Below, in pieces: positions 37,696 to 49,462 of a stretch of DNA of 64,000 bases (the first letter of the stretch is position 1; each line of letters opens with the position of its first letter). The position numbers were made by a program, and so were the translations under genes. The notes below the pieces were generated by a model. The model made no database searches. It had not been told where the DNA came from and saw only the letters and a program-made list of their open reading frames with translations. The DNA comes from Octopus sinensis (Eukaryota): positions 40,858,001 through 40,922,000 of the forward strand of contig NC_043014.1 of assembly GCF_006345805.1 (NCBI RefSeq). Direction: 5' to 3'.

Positions 37696-38122
37696 TTACT
37701 CTTTTACTTGTTTCAGTCGTTTTGACTGTGGTCATGCTGGAGCACCGCTTTGAAGAGTCTTAGTTGAACAAATCAATCCCAGGACTTATGTTTTTTTTTT
37801 AAGCGTAGTACTTACTCTTTTAGTCTCTTTTGCCAAACTGCTAAGTTACATGGACATAAACACACCAACACCAGTTATCAAGCGATGATGGGCAGGGAGA
37901 CAAGCGCAGACACAAACACACACACACATACACACACACACACACACACACATATACATGACAGGTTTCTTAAAGTTTCCTTCTACCAAATCCACTCACA
38001 AGGTTTTGGTTGACCTGAGGCTGCAGAAGAAGACACTTGCCCAAGGTGCCCCATAGTGGGACTGAACCTAGAGCCATGTGGTTGAGAAGCAAGCTTCTTA
38101 CCACACTGCTACACCTGCACCT
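37696..38122 (-). mobile_element. SINE family A (diverged)
   Basis: Reverse copy with (CA)n centre. Confidence 0.8.
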
Positions 38123-38577
38123 ATACTCAACAAAAATCTTTTATTTTTCACTTGCTTCAATCATTAGTCTGCAGCTATTCTGGGATACTTCCTTGAAGAA
38201 CTTCAGTGGAATGAATCAACCCCAATACTTATTTCCTGTTTTAAGCCTGGTACTTACTCTGTTGGCCTGTTTTGCTGAACCGCTAAGTTATGGGGATATA
38301 AACAAACCAACACTGGTTGTCAAGTAGCAGTGGGTATAAACACAGTTGCAGAGGCACATGCACATATGCGCACACACACATATATGATTAATAGATAGGA
38401 ATAAATCATCCAGGCGAGTAGTTACAGTAGTTTAAGTGCAGCAAGAGCACATGAAAATGAAAAGTGTTGCGGAAGAGGTCACAGATGTGTGACAAAAGAT
38501 TTCTGGACAATGGACCTGAGTTGAAGTACAAAGAAAAAATAAGAACATTAATAGACAAGTGAAGAACAAATATATAG

Positions 38578-38810
38578 TGTGTGTGTTTATTGAACGAAGA
38601 CACTTAAAGCTCCATGAGGCTCTGGCAGGGGTGGTGGTGGCGATCCCTGCTGTACTCTTTCACCACAACTTTCTCTCACTCTTTCTTCTGTTGGCCTGCT
38701 TGTTTAGCCAGCTGGGTGGTGTCATTTGAAGGCTAAAACAATGCGAAGCGATTTGTGACCAGCGATGTGTAGCAACATCTGATAGCCTGGTCGATCACAG
38801 TGATATATAT
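38578..38810 (+). mobile_element. SINE family E body with alternative tail
   Basis: Body CCCTGCTGTACTCTTTCACCACAACTTTCTCTCACTCTT is identical to 60622-60660; the tail differs from the 60478 copy. Confidence 0.7.
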
Positions 38811-38839
38811 ATATATATATATGTGGGTGATTTTTCGTC

Positions 38840-39043
38840 TGGCACCTGTGTCGGTGGCACGTAAAAAACACCCACTACACTCTCGGAGTGGTTGGCGTTA
38901 GGAAGGGCATCCAGCTGTAGAAACACTGCCAGATCTGACTGGCCTGGTGCAGCCTTCGGGCTTGCCAGACCCCAGTTGAACCGTCCAACCCATGCTAGCA
39001 TGGAAAGCGGACGTTAAACGATGATGATGATGATGATGATGAT
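38840..39043 (+). mobile_element. Family C
   Basis: Forward copy with (GAT)n tail. Confidence 0.85.
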
Positions 39044-39476
39044 ATATATTATTCTTTTAATGTCCTCTTTTCCATGCTCATATTTGTTATGTATGTATAC
39101 ATATATACACATATAACTGTACAGAGTTCATACACATGCGTCTACGTTTTTATATACATACGCGTACAATCATTCACATCTCTTTCAGTGCATGAAAACA
39201 TGTGTATGCATGTATATATGTTTGTGTAATTCATACATGTATATACATGTTTGGGTGAGTGTGTGGATGTGGTTTGTATGTGAATGTGGTTATACATGTA
39301 TAAGTGGATCAATGCATATCTAGTATAAGAATGTGAAGCGCTGCTGTATTATTTATGACGAGACTGTCATGATGTAGATATATATATGTATATACAGGGT
39401 CATCGAAAAAAGGTTTCTATGATTTCAAAATGAAATAACTAAGTCTGTATTAAAGCTATACTATTTATTTATATGT

Positions 39477-39980
39477 GGAGGCGCGTGGTTTAGTGGTTAG
39501 GGTGTCAGCATCATGATCGTAAGATTGTGGTTTCGATTCCTGCTCAAAACCACAGATTTGCTTGTCAGTTGTTTGACCTTAACCAGTTGACCATGTCCCT
39601 TAGGGGCTGACAATATGTGCATCTCTGATCATGAGCAGAAGTAGTGGGGGAGCATCATAGCCATGTGTTGAGAGGGATTCTTTGGGGTTTGAATAATTCA
39701 CTTCTGGAAACATGGGTGTTTCGTTCAACATCCTTAATCAACCCTTATTCAGAGACCTTTTGAGCAGGATGGGTTACTTGACCAGACGAAAATTCTAACC
39801 GGACCCCACTTGCAAGGTCATGCGCTGTTTATCTTGATATGAGATCACCATGTCGTGCGCATATGGTTGTGATGCATGTGTCTGGTGTACCCTTATCAGA
39901 CGGGTAGTCATGATGGGTATACTGGGCTTTGTATATTTTACTCCAGTGTCACTTTGATGGCATGCACTGCTCTCTCACTC

Positions 39981-40010
<30 letters not shown>
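39477..40010 (+). mobile_element. Chimera: tRNA-like head fused to family F body with (AAT)n tail
   Basis: GGAGGCGCGTGGTTTAGTGG..GGTTTCGATTCCTG joined at ~39542 to the reverse complement of the 45617/46192 unit. Confidence 0.7.
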
Positions 40011-40012
<2 letters not shown>

Positions 40013-40457
40013 TAAAGAGTATGGAGGCTTGTATATCCACAAAATTTATCTTATAATCATATGCAGCATATTATAATGATCTACACATATTTCCATTGCA
40101 GCGACTACTCGTATACTGCATATGATTATGAAATAAATTTTGTGGACGTACAAGTTTCCATACTTTTATTATTAATAAAAATATAAGCTCCAGACAATTT
40201 TTACCATCCAGCGAAGCATACATGGAATTTACCCATTGGAAGAATTCACAGAGTGACTAGTAACAAATTGTAGTCACAGACATTAAATACTGATTGTAGT
40301 GGATAGATAGCTGTTAACCGGAACTTAATTGAGAACTAATATGCTGTCCGCCCAGACAATATATTCCTCCAAACACACTTTTATACGCACACACACACAC
40401 ACCTTTTAAATCACCTTCAAACAGCACTAACGGTTTTTTTTGTGTATTTAGTTTCAG

Positions 40458-40532
40458 GGTTATGAACAAGTTTCAAAAGAGAATTGCAAGAACATAGAAA
40501 TTCTACCTTACTCTCGTCCAATTATTCTCCAG
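40458..40532 (+). CDS. MPPE1: Metallophosphoesterase 1, exon D (linker)
   Basis: Acceptor tttcAG, donor GTttgt; 75 nt, phase 0/0. Encodes GYEQVSKENCKNIEILPYSRPIILQ; the P(I/V)(I/L)LQ end precedes the HxP motif as in MPPE1. Confidence 0.88.
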
Positions 40533-40992
40533 GTTTGTTTATTTAGTTTAATATTATATTTCAAAAATATAATTTGGAAACTTTTTTTCCTTTTTGTTTT
40601 TTTTTTATATATATATATTTTTTTTTACATATGAATGTTGTGAATCTGTGATAAAACATCATTCATTATTGGATATGATGTTATTGTTGTGCATATTTAA
40701 TTTATTTCGACATCTATACTTTCTGCTATGATTTTGTTTTTCTGTATCACACTTTGTAGTTTGAAAGATACTCTCTCTTTACTCTTTTACTTGTTTCAGT
40801 CATTTGACTGTGGCCATGCTGTAGCACCGCCTTTAGTCGAGCAAATCGACCCCAGGACTTATTCTTTTTATAAGCCTAGTACTTATTCTATCAGTCTCTT
40901 TTGCCAAACCGCTAAGTTACTGACCCCCAAAAGGATGAAAGTTGATCTCGGCAGAATTTAAACTCAAAATGTGCAGATGAATGAAATGTTGC

Positions 40993-41410
40993 AGGCGCAG
41001 GAGTGGTTGTGTGGTAAGTAGCTTCCTTACCAACCACATGGTTCTGGGTTCAGTCCCACTGCGTGGCACTTTGGGCAAGTGTCTTCTACTATAGCCTCGG
41101 GCTGACCAAAGCCTTGTGAGTGGATTTGGTAGATGGAAACTGAAAGAAGCCCGTCATATATATGTATATGTATATATATATGTGTGTGCATGTGTATATG
41201 TTTGTGTGTCTGTATTTGTCTCCCAACATCGCTTGATTACCAATGCTGGTGTGTTTACGTCCCCGTAACATAGCGGTTCAGCAAAAAAGACTGATACAAT
41301 AAGTACTAGGCTTACAAAGAATAAGCCCTGGGGTCGATTTGCTCAACTAAAGGCGGTGCTCCAGCATGGCCACAGTCAAATGACTGAAACAAGTAAAAGA
41401 GTAAAGAGTA
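40993..41410 (+). mobile_element. SINE family A nested in an old minus-strand family B copy
   Basis: Family B remnants at ~40920-40990 and ~41411-41440 flank it. Confidence 0.85.
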
Positions 41411-41706
41411 AGCATTTTTCCTGGTGTACTAACGATAAGGTTTAAAATTAATTATTTAATTAAATTACACATAAGTGAATTTTTATTATAATCATTCGAA
41501 CTCATCCAACATTTTGTATTTGTCTGTCTTTGTAATGTCCCCTGTCTGTGTTCCGATCCTATGTGATCCTAATAAAGATTTCATCGCTCTGGCAACCAGG
41601 TACTCGTGATTGAAGCTGAGCCAACCAGCTCAAAACTGAGTCAGTCTCATGATCCTGTTGTCTGCTAGAGGATGGTAGGGGTTCATTCCCCCTGCTAGCA
41701 ATATAT

Positions 41707-41913
41707 TGGCACCTGTGCAGGTGGCACGTAAAAAGCACCCACTACACTCTCGGAGTGGTTGGCGTTAGGAAGGGCATCCAGCTGTAGAAACATTGCTAGA
41801 TAAGACTGGGCCTGGAGCAGCCTTCTGGCTTCCCAGACCCCAGTTGAACCGTCCAACCCATGCTAGCATGGAAAACGGACGTTAAACGATGATGATGATG
41901 ATGATGATGATGA
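41707..41913 (+). mobile_element. Family C
   Basis: Forward copy with (GAT)n tail. Confidence 0.85.
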
Positions 41914-42369
41914 AAGTGTGCAGTGCTGCACTGATAACCAGCTGGCAGAAGACCTGCCTGGTGTTAAACTAGTAGTAACACCGAACGGCCACTTTGATGT
42001 GGCGATTGACTTCACTACTCTGATCTCATCTTGAGATTTTACAACTAACACATACTAATGTTTTTACGGAATTAGAACAGGCAGCATTTCTTTTAAACTT
42101 GTTTCTGACATTACTGTTCTATTCTTAACATTGATTATATCACCTAGGTAACATAATTTGTGTCCTGCTGTAAGCCAGTGCAGTTTGCTTTCATAATACT
42201 ATTTGTGTTGATGTATTCATATAAATGTGATAATGGAAGTAAGAAAATACACTTTTCTGTCTGATTTACTGAAGATTTTCCTACCACCTGTAATGTGTCA
42301 GATGGTTTGGCTTGAGAAAATAGCTTTTATGTCTACAAGAGTTATAAATACTGCTACTTAACTATATAT

Positions 42370-42505
42370 ATATGCTTTATTTAAAAGCAGCAGAAATATA
42401 ACAAAAGCTGTTACTCAGAGTTTCACGTTCCCGTTCTTCCACAGGAATGTGAAACTCTGAGTAACAGCTTTTGTTATATTTCTGCTGTTTTTAAATAAAG
42501 CATAT
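42370..42505. repeat. Inverted repeat, 57-bp arms with 22-nt spacer, in (TA)n
   Basis: ATATGCTTTATTTAAAAGCAGCAGAAATATAACAAAAGCTGTTACTCAGAGTTTCAC is mirrored at 42449-42505. Confidence 0.9.
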
Positions 42506-42582
42506 TACTCTACCTCTGGTATTTGAGTACTCTTTTTTTCCACCTTGTTTCACATTTATGTGCTTACTCTGGTATATATATA

Positions 42583-43609
42583 TAGCTTGCTTCCTAGCTA
42601 TATGGTTTCGGGTTCAGACCCACCGCGTGGCACCTTCGGCAAGTGTCTTCTACTATAGCCTCGGGCCGACCAAAGCCTTGTGAGTGGATTTGGTAGACGG
42701 AAACTAAAAGAAGCCCGTCGTATTGGGCGCGGGCATGGCTGTGTGGTTAGGGAGCTTGCTTCCTAGCTACATGGTTTCGGGTTCAGACCCACCGCGTGGC
42801 ACCTTCGGCAAGTGTCTTCTACTATAGCCTCGGGCCGACCAAAGCCTTGTGAGTGTATTTGGTAGACGGAAACTAAAAGAAGCCCGTCGTATTGGGCGCG
42901 GGCATGGCTGTGTGGTTAGGGAGCTTGCTTCCTAGCTACATGGTTTCGGGTTCAGACCCACCACGTGGCACCTTCGGCAAGTGTCTTCTACTATAGCCTC
43001 GGGCCGACCAAAGCCTTGTGAGTGTATTTGGTAGACGGAAACTAAAAGAAGCCCGTCGTATTGGGCGCGGGCATGGCTGTGTGGTTAGGGAGCTTGCTTC
43101 CTAGCTACATGGTTTCGGGTTCAGACCCACCGCGTGGCACCTTCGGCAAGTGTCTTCTACTATAGCCTCGGCCGACCAAAGCCTTGTGAGTGTATTTGGT
43201 AGACGGAAACTAAAAGAAGCCCGTCGTATTGGGCGCGGGCATGGCTGTGTGGTTAGGGAGCTTGCTTCCTAGCTACATGGTTTCGGGTTCAGACCCACCG
43301 CGTGGCACCTTCGGCAAGTGTCTTCTACTATAGCCTCGGGCCGACCAAAGCCTTGTGAGTGTATTTGGTAGACGGAAACTAAAAGAAGCCCGTCGTATTG
43401 GGCGCGGGCATGGCTGTGTGGTTAGGGAGCTTGCTTCCTAACTACATGGTTTCGGGTTCAGTCCCACTGCATGGCACTTTGGGCAGGTGTCTTCCGCTAT
43501 AGCCCCAAGTCGACCGAAGCTTTGTGATTGAATTCGGTAGGCGGAAGTTATTGCCGTGTGTGTATATGTGCGTGTAGGTGCTCAGTGCCTCTCCGAAAGA
43601 GAGAGAGGG
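42583..43609 (+). repeat. 169-bp tandem array of SINE A 5' halves
   Basis: Units start at 42725, 42894, 43063, 43231 and 43400 (GGGCGCGGGCATGGCTG); near-identical; partial unit from 42583. Confidence 0.95.
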
Positions 43610-43920
43610 ATGTATGTGTGTGTGTGTACATGGTGGGCTTCTTTCAGCTCCCATCTACCAAATCCACTCACAAGTCTATGGATAGCCATCTGTCCCAATA
43701 ACAGTGAGCAGGAATATAACCTAGGGTTCAAGAATGCTAGAGGTCTCCACCACCACAGGTTTGACCACAAATCTCTCAAAGAGCAGCTAATACTTAGCCA
43801 GAAGTTATGGTCAGAAATCTTCAGCATCAGCCTCACTCCCATTATTTTATTCAAAGGTAAAATTCTGTTCTAATAATCTTTTACATTAAAATATCTTCTT
43901 TTGGGTTGGTTTCTCTTAAA

Positions 43921-44520
43921 GCAGCGAGCTGGCAGAAACGTTAGCATGCTGAGTGAAATGCTTAGTGGTATTTCATCTGCTGTTACGTTCTGAGTTCAAA
44001 TTCCGCCTAGGTTGACTTTGCCTTTCATCCTTTTGGGGTCAATTAAATAAGTACCAGTTACGCACTAGGGTCGATATAATCGACTTCATACCTTTGTCTG
44101 TCCTTGTTTGTCCCCCTCTGTGTTTTGCCCCTTGTGGGTAATAAAGAAATAGGTATTTTGTCTGCCGTTACGTTCTGAGTTCAAATTCCGCTGAGGTCGA
44201 CTTTGCCTTTCATCCTTTCGGGGTCGATAAACTAAGTACCAGTTACACACTGGGGTCGATGTAATCGACTTCATACCTTTGTCTGTCCTTGTTTGTCCCC
44301 CTCTATGTTTAGCCCCTTGTGGGTAATAAAGAAATAGGTATTTCATCTACCGTTACGTTCTGAGTTCAAATTCCGCTGAGGTTGACTTTGCCTTTCATCC
44401 TTTCAGGGTCGATAAACTAAGTACCAGTTACACACTGGGGTCGATGTAATCAACTTCATACCTTTGTCTGTCCTTGTTTGTCACCTCTATGTTTAGCCCC
44501 TTGTGGGCAATAAAGAAAAA
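43921..44520 (+). mobile_element. SINE family B trimer
   Basis: Head plus units restarting at ~44152 and ~44337 (AAAGAAATAG|GTATTT); followed by an older family B relative to ~44675. Confidence 0.9.
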
Positions 44521-44724
44521 AGAATCGTTAGCATACCAGGCAAATTCTGCTGAGGTTGACTTTGTCTTTCATCCTTACAGGGTTGATAAAATAAGTACCA
44601 GTTGAACACTGGGGTCGATGTCATCGACTTACCCCTACCTCCGAAATTGCTGGCCTTGTGCCAAAATTTCAAACCATTATTAAGTGCTCTTCATTGCTGT
44701 CTTAATTCCAAATTCCTTTTGCAG

Positions 44725-44847
44725 CATTTCCCTATGTACCGCCCATCTGATTTTAATTGCACCACCCCTGATGCTGCTCCTGAACCATTAAAATCAATAT
44801 CATTCCAAGAAAATTTTGACTGCTTATCACAGAGTTCCTCTAAGCAA
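44725..44847 (+). CDS. MPPE1: Metallophosphoesterase 1, exon E
   Basis: Acceptor ttttgcAG, donor GTaag; 123 nt, phase 0/0. Encodes HFPMYRPSDFNCTTPDAAPEPLKSISFQENFDCLSQSSSKQ (cf. HYPLYRRSDANCSGEDAAP..FKENYDVLS). Confidence 0.96.
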
Positions 44848-45602
44848 GTAAGAAAAATATTAATTAATAATGTTGCTTTTTTTCCTTTTAATTGATAATG
44901 TTGCTTTATGTCATTTTTCTTCAATTTTCTTGCATGCCTGTGCTGGTGACATGTAAAAAAAAAAAACGCCAAGTACACTCTGGAGTGGTTGGCATTAGGA
45001 AGGGCATCCAGCCATTGAAACCAATCTCAAAACAGACTGGAACCCGGTGCAGCTTTCCAGCTTACTAGTTCCAGACAAACCATCTTACCCATGCTGGTAT
45101 GGAAAACGGATGCTGGATGCTGATGATGATGACGACGACGGATGATGATGAAGATGATGATGATGATGATGACGACGACGGATAATGATGAAGATGATGA
45201 TGATGATGCTGGATGATGATGATGAAGAAGAAGAAATAATGTCTGTTATAATTGTTGGCAAAATGAATATACTTCTGCATTATATGTCAGGAGAAACCGA
45301 TTATGTATTGAGCACAAATCAAATGGTTGCATAGACGCAGGCATGGTCGTGTGGGTAAGAAGCTTGTTTTGCAACCACATGGTTCTGAGTTCAATCCCAC
45401 TGCACAACACCAGCATTTTTTTTTATTATGTGTCAACTTAACCATATGCTCAACATCAGTAAAGTTTTTGTATTCCATCATGAATACCAGATATTTTCAA
45501 CTAGCCTACCCTGGTATGATTGAGTGGGTAAGCAGTTTGCTTCCCCGACCACATGTTTTCAGGTTCAGTCTTGCTCCATGGAACCTTGCACGAGTGTGCT
45601 CA

Positions 45603-46729
45603 ATTATTATTATTATTGAGTGAGACTGCAGTGCATGCCATCAAAGTGACACTGAGGTAAAATATACGAAGCCCAGTATACCCATCATGACTACCCATCT
45701 GATAAGGGTACACCAGGCACATGCATCACAACCATATGTGCACGACATGATGATCTCATATCAAGATAAACAGCACATGACCTTGCAGGTGGGGCCCAGT
45801 TAGAATTTTCTTCTGGTCGAGTAACCCATCCTGCTCAAAAGGTCCCTGAGTAAGGGTTGTTTAAGGATGTTGAACGAAACACCCATGTTTCCAGAGGTGA
45901 AATATTCAAACCCCAAAGAATCCCTCTCAACACATGGCTATGATGCTCCCCCACTACTTCTGCTCGTGATCAGAGATGCACATATCGTCAACCACCAAGG
46001 ACATGCTCAACTGGTTAAGGTCAAACAACTGACAAGCAAATCTGTGGTTTTGAGCAGAATATTTGCTGCAGCCCATCTTTTATACCAAGACAAAACAATG
46101 TACATGATAACACTTCCAATCAGTTAAGATCAGAAGCCATGAGAATCACTACCTGGTACTGCATCAGGGCATTTATTATTATTATTATTATTGAGTGAGA
46201 GAGCAGTGCATGCCATCAAAGTGACACTGGGGTAAAATATACGAAGCCCAGCATACCCATCATGACTACCCGTCTGATAAGGGTACACCAGGCACATGCA
46301 TCACAACCATATGTGCGCAACATGGTGATCTCATATCAAGATAAACAGCACATGACCTTGCAGGTGGGGCCCAGTTAGAATTTTCTTCAGGTCGAGTAGC
46401 CCATCCTGCTCAAAAGGTCCCTGAATAAGGGTGGCTTTAGGATGTTGAACGAAACACCTATGTTACCAGAGGTGAATTATTCAAACTCCAAAGAATCCCT
46501 CTCAACACATGGCTATGATGCTCCCCCACTACTTCTGCTTGTGATCAGAGATGCACGTATTGTCAGCCACTAAGGGACATGCTCAACTGGTTAAGGTCAA
46601 ACAACTGACAAGCAAATCTGTGGTATTTGCTGTAGCCCATCTTTTATACCAAGACAAAACAATGTACATGATAACACTTCCAATCAGTTAAAATCAGAAG
46701 CCATGAGAGCCACTGCCTGGTACTGCATC

Positions 46730-46762
<33 letters not shown>
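45603..46762 (-). repeat. Tandem dimer of family F (575-bp period) bounded by (ATT)n
   Basis: Units start at 45617 and 46192; partial copies at ~47475-47560 and reversed at ~39542-39990. Strand inferred from the (AAT)n tail. Confidence 0.9.
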
Positions 46763-46764
<2 letters not shown>

Positions 46765-47409
46765 CTCAAGCTGACCAAATCCTTGTGAGTGGATTTGGTA
46801 GATGGGAAATCTGTCTGTATATATGTGTGTGTGTGTGTGTGTTTGTGCATGCATGCATGTGTCTGAGTATGTATGAGTGAGTGTGTGTATGCATGCATGT
46901 GTGTGAGTATGTGTGTGTGCATGCATGCATGTGTGTATGTGTGTGTGTGCATGCATGCAAGAATTCTTCGCAGGGTTCTTGAAGTATGACCAGTTAACAA
47001 GTGTCACCTTAGTCTGCTGACTATGAACAGCTGACCCTTCCCATCATACCCAGCAATACAAGCTGTGTGTTTCCAGAAGAAGAAGATGAAGATGATGATG
47101 ATGATGATGATGATGAGTAGTCTCAACACTGCATAATAATTGTAAACAAGTCTCACTGTCATACAAGCAGTGTCGTTCATTTCCAATTCTCTGCAAAAGC
47201 ATGTCTGGCCTGGCCATGGAGAAATACTACTTTGCTTGGAAACAAGTAAGGGTTGGCCACAGGAAGGGTATCCAGCCTTGGAAAAAATCTTGATCAATGA
47301 ACTCCATTTGCCCCAAGCAGACATAGAAATGATGATAACAACTCTAGAATCCAGTTATAGAGGCATTGCATCATATATCTTTCAGCAGTTTATCTATCCC
47401 AAAGATAGC

Positions 47410-47433
47410 TGCTACTACTACTACTACTACTAC

Positions 47434-47479
<46 letters not shown>

Positions 47480-47560
47480 GAGTGAGAGTGCAGTTCATGC
47501 CATCAAAGTGACACTGGGGTAAAATATACGAAGCCCAATATACCCATCATGACTACCCTA

Positions 47561-47609
<49 letters not shown>

Positions 47610-47800
47610 CCTTTGTAACCTTTCGTCTTGTTTTGTCCCTTTTGTGTTATAATTAATTTTTGTCAGCCCTTGTGGCCAATAAAAGAATTAATTATGATTA
47701 TTATTATAATTATTATTATTATTATTATAATTATTATTATTATTATTATTATAATTATTATTATTATTATTATAATTATTATTATTATTATTATTATTAT
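47410..47800. repeat. (CTA)n/(ATT)n microsatellite cluster
   Basis: Three long trinucleotide runs. Confidence 0.9.
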
Positions 47801-48258
47801 GATCATTCATCCTTCATCATTCCTCTCTTGAAGTATCATTTTGTCAGTGTAAAATAGGTTATATGTGGCTAATGATTTCTTTCAACATCCTTTCCATTCT
47901 TCAAAAAAAAAAAAAAAAAAAAATCTGTTCCATTTCTCACTGGCAATTAACCCTGTTAGTAGTTTCTGTGTCAGCTGTAAACAAGTCTGTGATAGGTCTC
48001 TAAGATGCCCACTTCAGTCTCTTTTTGTCTTCTCCTTCTGTATAAGAACAGTTTTTTTTTCTTCTTTTCTCTTTTTATCAACCATAATAGCACACAGTTA
48101 GACACTGAATGGCATCTTGTTCAGTGTGTTGTATTTCTGTTGCGAAAAACTGTTAAGCTTTAATGACAGAGTTAGGTGCCTACCTCCTGCTCGAAACACA
48201 TTCGCAAATAAACATCCTTCAGGTTAAATCTTCAGTTATATCAATTTCTATAAAACGC

Positions 48259-48292
48259 ATCATCATCATCGTCATCATCATCATCATCATCA

Positions 48293-48334
<42 letters not shown>

Positions 48335-48391
48335 TCATCATCATCATCATCATCGTCATCATCATCATCATCGTCATCATCATCATCATCA

Positions 48392-48427
<36 letters not shown>

Positions 48428-48455
48428 TCATCATCATCATCGTCATCATCGTCAT
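48259..48455. repeat. Compound (CAT)n/(CGT)n microsatellite
   Basis: Alternating CAT and CGT blocks. Confidence 0.95.
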
Positions 48456-48525
48456 CTATATTTTACTTTACTTTTCATGCTGCCATGAGTTTACCATGCG
48501 AGTGAAACAGTGATAATGTTGTTTT

Positions 48526-48942
48526 AAGGCGGCGAGCTGGCAGAAATGTTAGCACGCCGGGCGAAATGTGTAGCCGTATTTCGTCTGCCGTTACGTTCTG
48601 AGTTCAAATTCCCCCGAGGTCGACTTTGCCTTTCATCCTTTCGGGGTCGATTAAATAAGTACCAGTTACTCACTGGGGTTGATATAATCGACTTAATCCG
48701 TTTGTCTGTCCTTGTTTGTCCCCTCTGCGTGTAGCCCCTTATGGGTAGTAAAGAAATAGGTATTTCGTCTGCCGTTACGTTCTGAGTTCAAATTCCCCCG
48801 AGGTCGACTTTGCCTTTCATCCTTTTGGGGTCGATAAATTAAGCACCAGTTACTCACTGGGGTTGATATAATCGACTTAATCCGTTTGTCTGTCCTTGTT
48901 TGTCCCCTCTGTGTTTAGCTCCTTGAGGGTAGTAAAGAAATA
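48526..48942 (+). mobile_element. SINE family B dimer
   Basis: Second unit starts at ~48759; 10-bp TSD GATAATGTTG at 48512-48521 and 48943-48952. Confidence 0.9.
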
Positions 48943-49462
48943 GATAATGTTGATATAATATTTGTTGTTGCCATTATGATTGATTACTTGGCACTCTCAA
49001 AAACATAAAGGTGGTGCTCCAGTATGGCCACAGTCAAAATTATATATAAAGTCCCTGTATCTGTAAATTGGCACAAGTTAAATGACTTTGTGTTAGTATC
49101 TGTTGGTCAGTGAAATCATGTGACCTTTGCGTTAAAGATATTGGGCAGGTTTAATTCCTGAGTTGCATGGCATGTTATGTTCTTGACAAATTACTTCATT
49201 CCATGGTTACTGAAACAAGTAAAAGAATAAAAGGATATAAAGTCCCTGTATCTGAAAAATAGTTGGTGACAAGAAAGAGCGTCTGACCATAAAATCTCAC
49301 CTCAAAATCAAATCTGTTTCAAGTCCTGCTAGCAAGGAAAAGCGAATGTTAAATAAATGAATGAAAGAACACTATATATGTTCAGTTATTCTTGTATCTT
49401 ACATTTATTGATACGTGTCAAATTTTTACTGTCCTTAAATATTGTCTAACATTTTCACCACT

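Noticed and set aside
44691-44978. 95-aa antisense ORF over exon E
   Set aside because: Shadow of the coding exon plus intron sequence; no independent support.
47170-48513. Poly-Tyr, poly-Ile, poly-Met/Thr and poly-Val ORFs
   Set aside because: Trinucleotide microsatellite artefacts.
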